Shown here: positions 62,749-64,000 of the stretch, in pieces
Layout of the letters: the number at the start of each line of letters is the position of its first letter
Position numbering within the stretch: position 1 is the first letter of the stretch
Assembly (NCBI GenBank): GCA_947462765.1
Contig: CANHQK010000006.1
Location: forward strand, 3,616 to 67,615
From: Bdellovibrionales bacterium
GTDB lineage: Bacteria > Bdellovibrionota > UBA1018 > CAIMNF01
Direction: 5' to 3'
DNA: 64,000 bases
The notes under the pieces: model-generated
Told to the model about the DNA's origin: nothing
The model's input: only the letters and a program-made list of their open reading frames with translations
Databases searched by the model: none
Translations under genes and position numbers: made by a program

Positions 62749-63444
62749 ATGACCCTCTTCTCCGGTGCAGCCGCCGAATTCTGGCTCCGTTGGTTCCACT
62801 ACTTCTTCGGGATCCTTTGGATCGGACACCTCTACTATTTCAACTTTTCCCAGATGGCTTTCATGGGCGAGGCAGACGCTGCCACCAAGTCGGCTGTATT
62901 CCAGAAGCTCACCCCTCGGACCATGTTCTGGTTCCGTTACGGTGCGCTCGTCACCTTCCTCACCGGTTGGGCGATGATCGGTCACAAAATGGGCGCACTT
63001 GGAATTCCGCTGACCTCTTCTTGGTCGACCATCATCCTGACAGGCGGTCTTCTCGGAACTTTGATGTTCCTGAACGTCTGGCTCATCATCTGGCCGAACA
63101 ACCGTGTGATCATCGAGAATGCCGAACGCACCGCTCGCGGTGAGCCTGCCATCCCCGGAGTTGCTGACCTCGCAGCCCGTGCGGCGATTGCCTCGCGGAC
63201 CAATACCTTGTTCTCGGTCCCCATGCTGTTTTTCATGACCGCCGCTTCCCACCTGCCGCTCGCTCTCTCACCTGAAAAAAGCCTGATCCCCTACTGGTGT
63301 GTGTTCGGTATCCTGGCTGGTGCACTCGAGCTGAACGCCGTGAAGGGAAAAATGGGGCCCCTTCAAAAGCTGAAACACGTCGTCCACTTTGGTGTGGTCC
63401 TGACCCTCGTCCTTTACCTGGCCATGCACCTGCTGGCCGGCTGA
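62749..63444 (+). CDS. PuuD/Urate_ox_N-like integral membrane protein without cytochrome c domain
   Basis: RWFHYFFGILWIGHLYYFN, WFRYGAL, MFLNVWLIIWPN, ASRTNTLFSVPMLFFM...H; RBS aaggag. Confidence 0.85.
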   Translation: MTLFSGAAAEFWLRWFHYFFGILWIGHLYYFNFSQMAFMGEADAATKSAVFQKLTPRTMFWFRYGALVTFLTGWAMIGHKMGALGIPLTSSWSTIILTGGLLGTLMFLNVWLIIWPNNRVIIENAERTARGEPAIPGVADLAARAAIASRTNTLFSVPMLFFMTAASHLPLALSPEKSLIPYWCVFGILAGALELNAVKGKMGPLQKLKHVVHFGVVLTLVLYLAMHLLAG

Positions 63445-63459
63445 TCGAATCAAGACTCA

Positions 63460-63497
63460 GCCCTCCGACCGGGGAACCGATCGGAGGGCATTTTTTT
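63460..63497 (+). terminator. Intrinsic terminator after the PuuD-like gene
   Basis: GCCCTCCGA...TCGGAGGGC stem plus T7. Confidence 0.85.
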
Positions 63498-63499
63498 GT

Positions 63500-64000
63500 A
63501 TGCAGATTCTCCCACTCTCCGAAATCCCGTCCCCCCGGTACAAACTCGAGACCGCCGAGCGGATTTTTTTCGAGGCCAGCTCCAAGAAGACTTTCTCCAG
63601 CGACGAAGAGCGGGAGGCTTTCAGAAGGCGCTACTTCACGGTCTATGCGGACCGCGATCCCGAATGGTTTTTGCTGGCGCTGGACGACTCCGACCAGGTC
63701 CTCGGATACCTGGCAGGAACCCCGTCAACGAGGGAAGATCATCTCTCGCTCAATCCCTACTTGGAGGGTTTCCGCTCCGTCATCGGAGAATTCCCGGCGC
63801 ATCTTCACATTAACTTTTGCCAGGTGGCCCGTGGCCTTGGCTTGGGGAGCCGTCTACTCGAGGATTTCGAAAGCAGGCTAAAAGCGCACTCCGTCACTGG
63901 AGTGCACCTCGTCACCGGCGCCAAGGAAAGAAATGTCGGATTTTACGCCCGTAACGGCTACAGCGAAGCATCACGACTCCGCATCGGAGCTTCAGAACTC
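63500..64000 (+). CDS. GNAT acetyltransferase, 3'-truncated by window edge (not in ORF track)
   Basis: Open frame from ATG 63500: ...VLGYLAG...FPAHLHINF...ARGLGLGSRLL...GVHLVT...NVGFYARNGY. Confidence 0.85.
   Translation, partial: MQILPLSEIPSPRYKLETAERIFFEASSKKTFSSDEEREAFRRRYFTVYADRDPEWFLLALDDSDQVLGYLAGTPSTREDHLSLNPYLEGFRSVIGEFPAHLHINFCQVARGLGLGSRLLEDFESRLKAHSVTGVHLVTGAKERNVGFYARNGYSEASRLRIGASEL

Noticed and set aside
1-64000. CRISPR arrays, IS elements, inteins, selenocysteine or frameshift recoding
   Set aside because: No spaced repeats, transposases, intein-sized insertions or interrupted conserved genes were seen by eye; weak ncRNAs cannot be excluded without a covariance-model search

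Overview
Gene-dense, GC-rich bacterial chromosomal window with about 66 CDS. I found no rRNA, tRNA, CRISPR array, prophage or IS element. Gene content (alternative complex III plus caa3 oxidase, prkA-yeaH-spoVR, Hanks kinase with PEGA-like domain, many lineage-specific secreted proteins) suggests a Bdellovibrionota/Oligoflexia-like organism; this is inference only. Housekeeping genes include fabI, fabH, cysE, nrdJ, ppk1, murI, secA, dapF, gpmA, feoAB, thyA, folA and a UvrD/PcrA helicase. Most notable observations: (1) a near-identical Fur-like box in front of feoAB and in front of a cytochrome-less PuuD-like membrane protein; (2) a respiratory supercluster with a subunit IV-cytochrome c fusion, a shared ATGAC-N7-TGACAAA box upstream of both respiratory operons, and an interposed cassette containing a small IF1-like protein; (3) several degenerate or split enzymes; (4) a poly-Thr/Lys-rich small protein; (5) repeated signs of leaderless promoters. 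All calls come from reading motifs by eye, with no database searches. Several start codons were moved from the ORF track based on RBS, signal peptide or domain boundaries.
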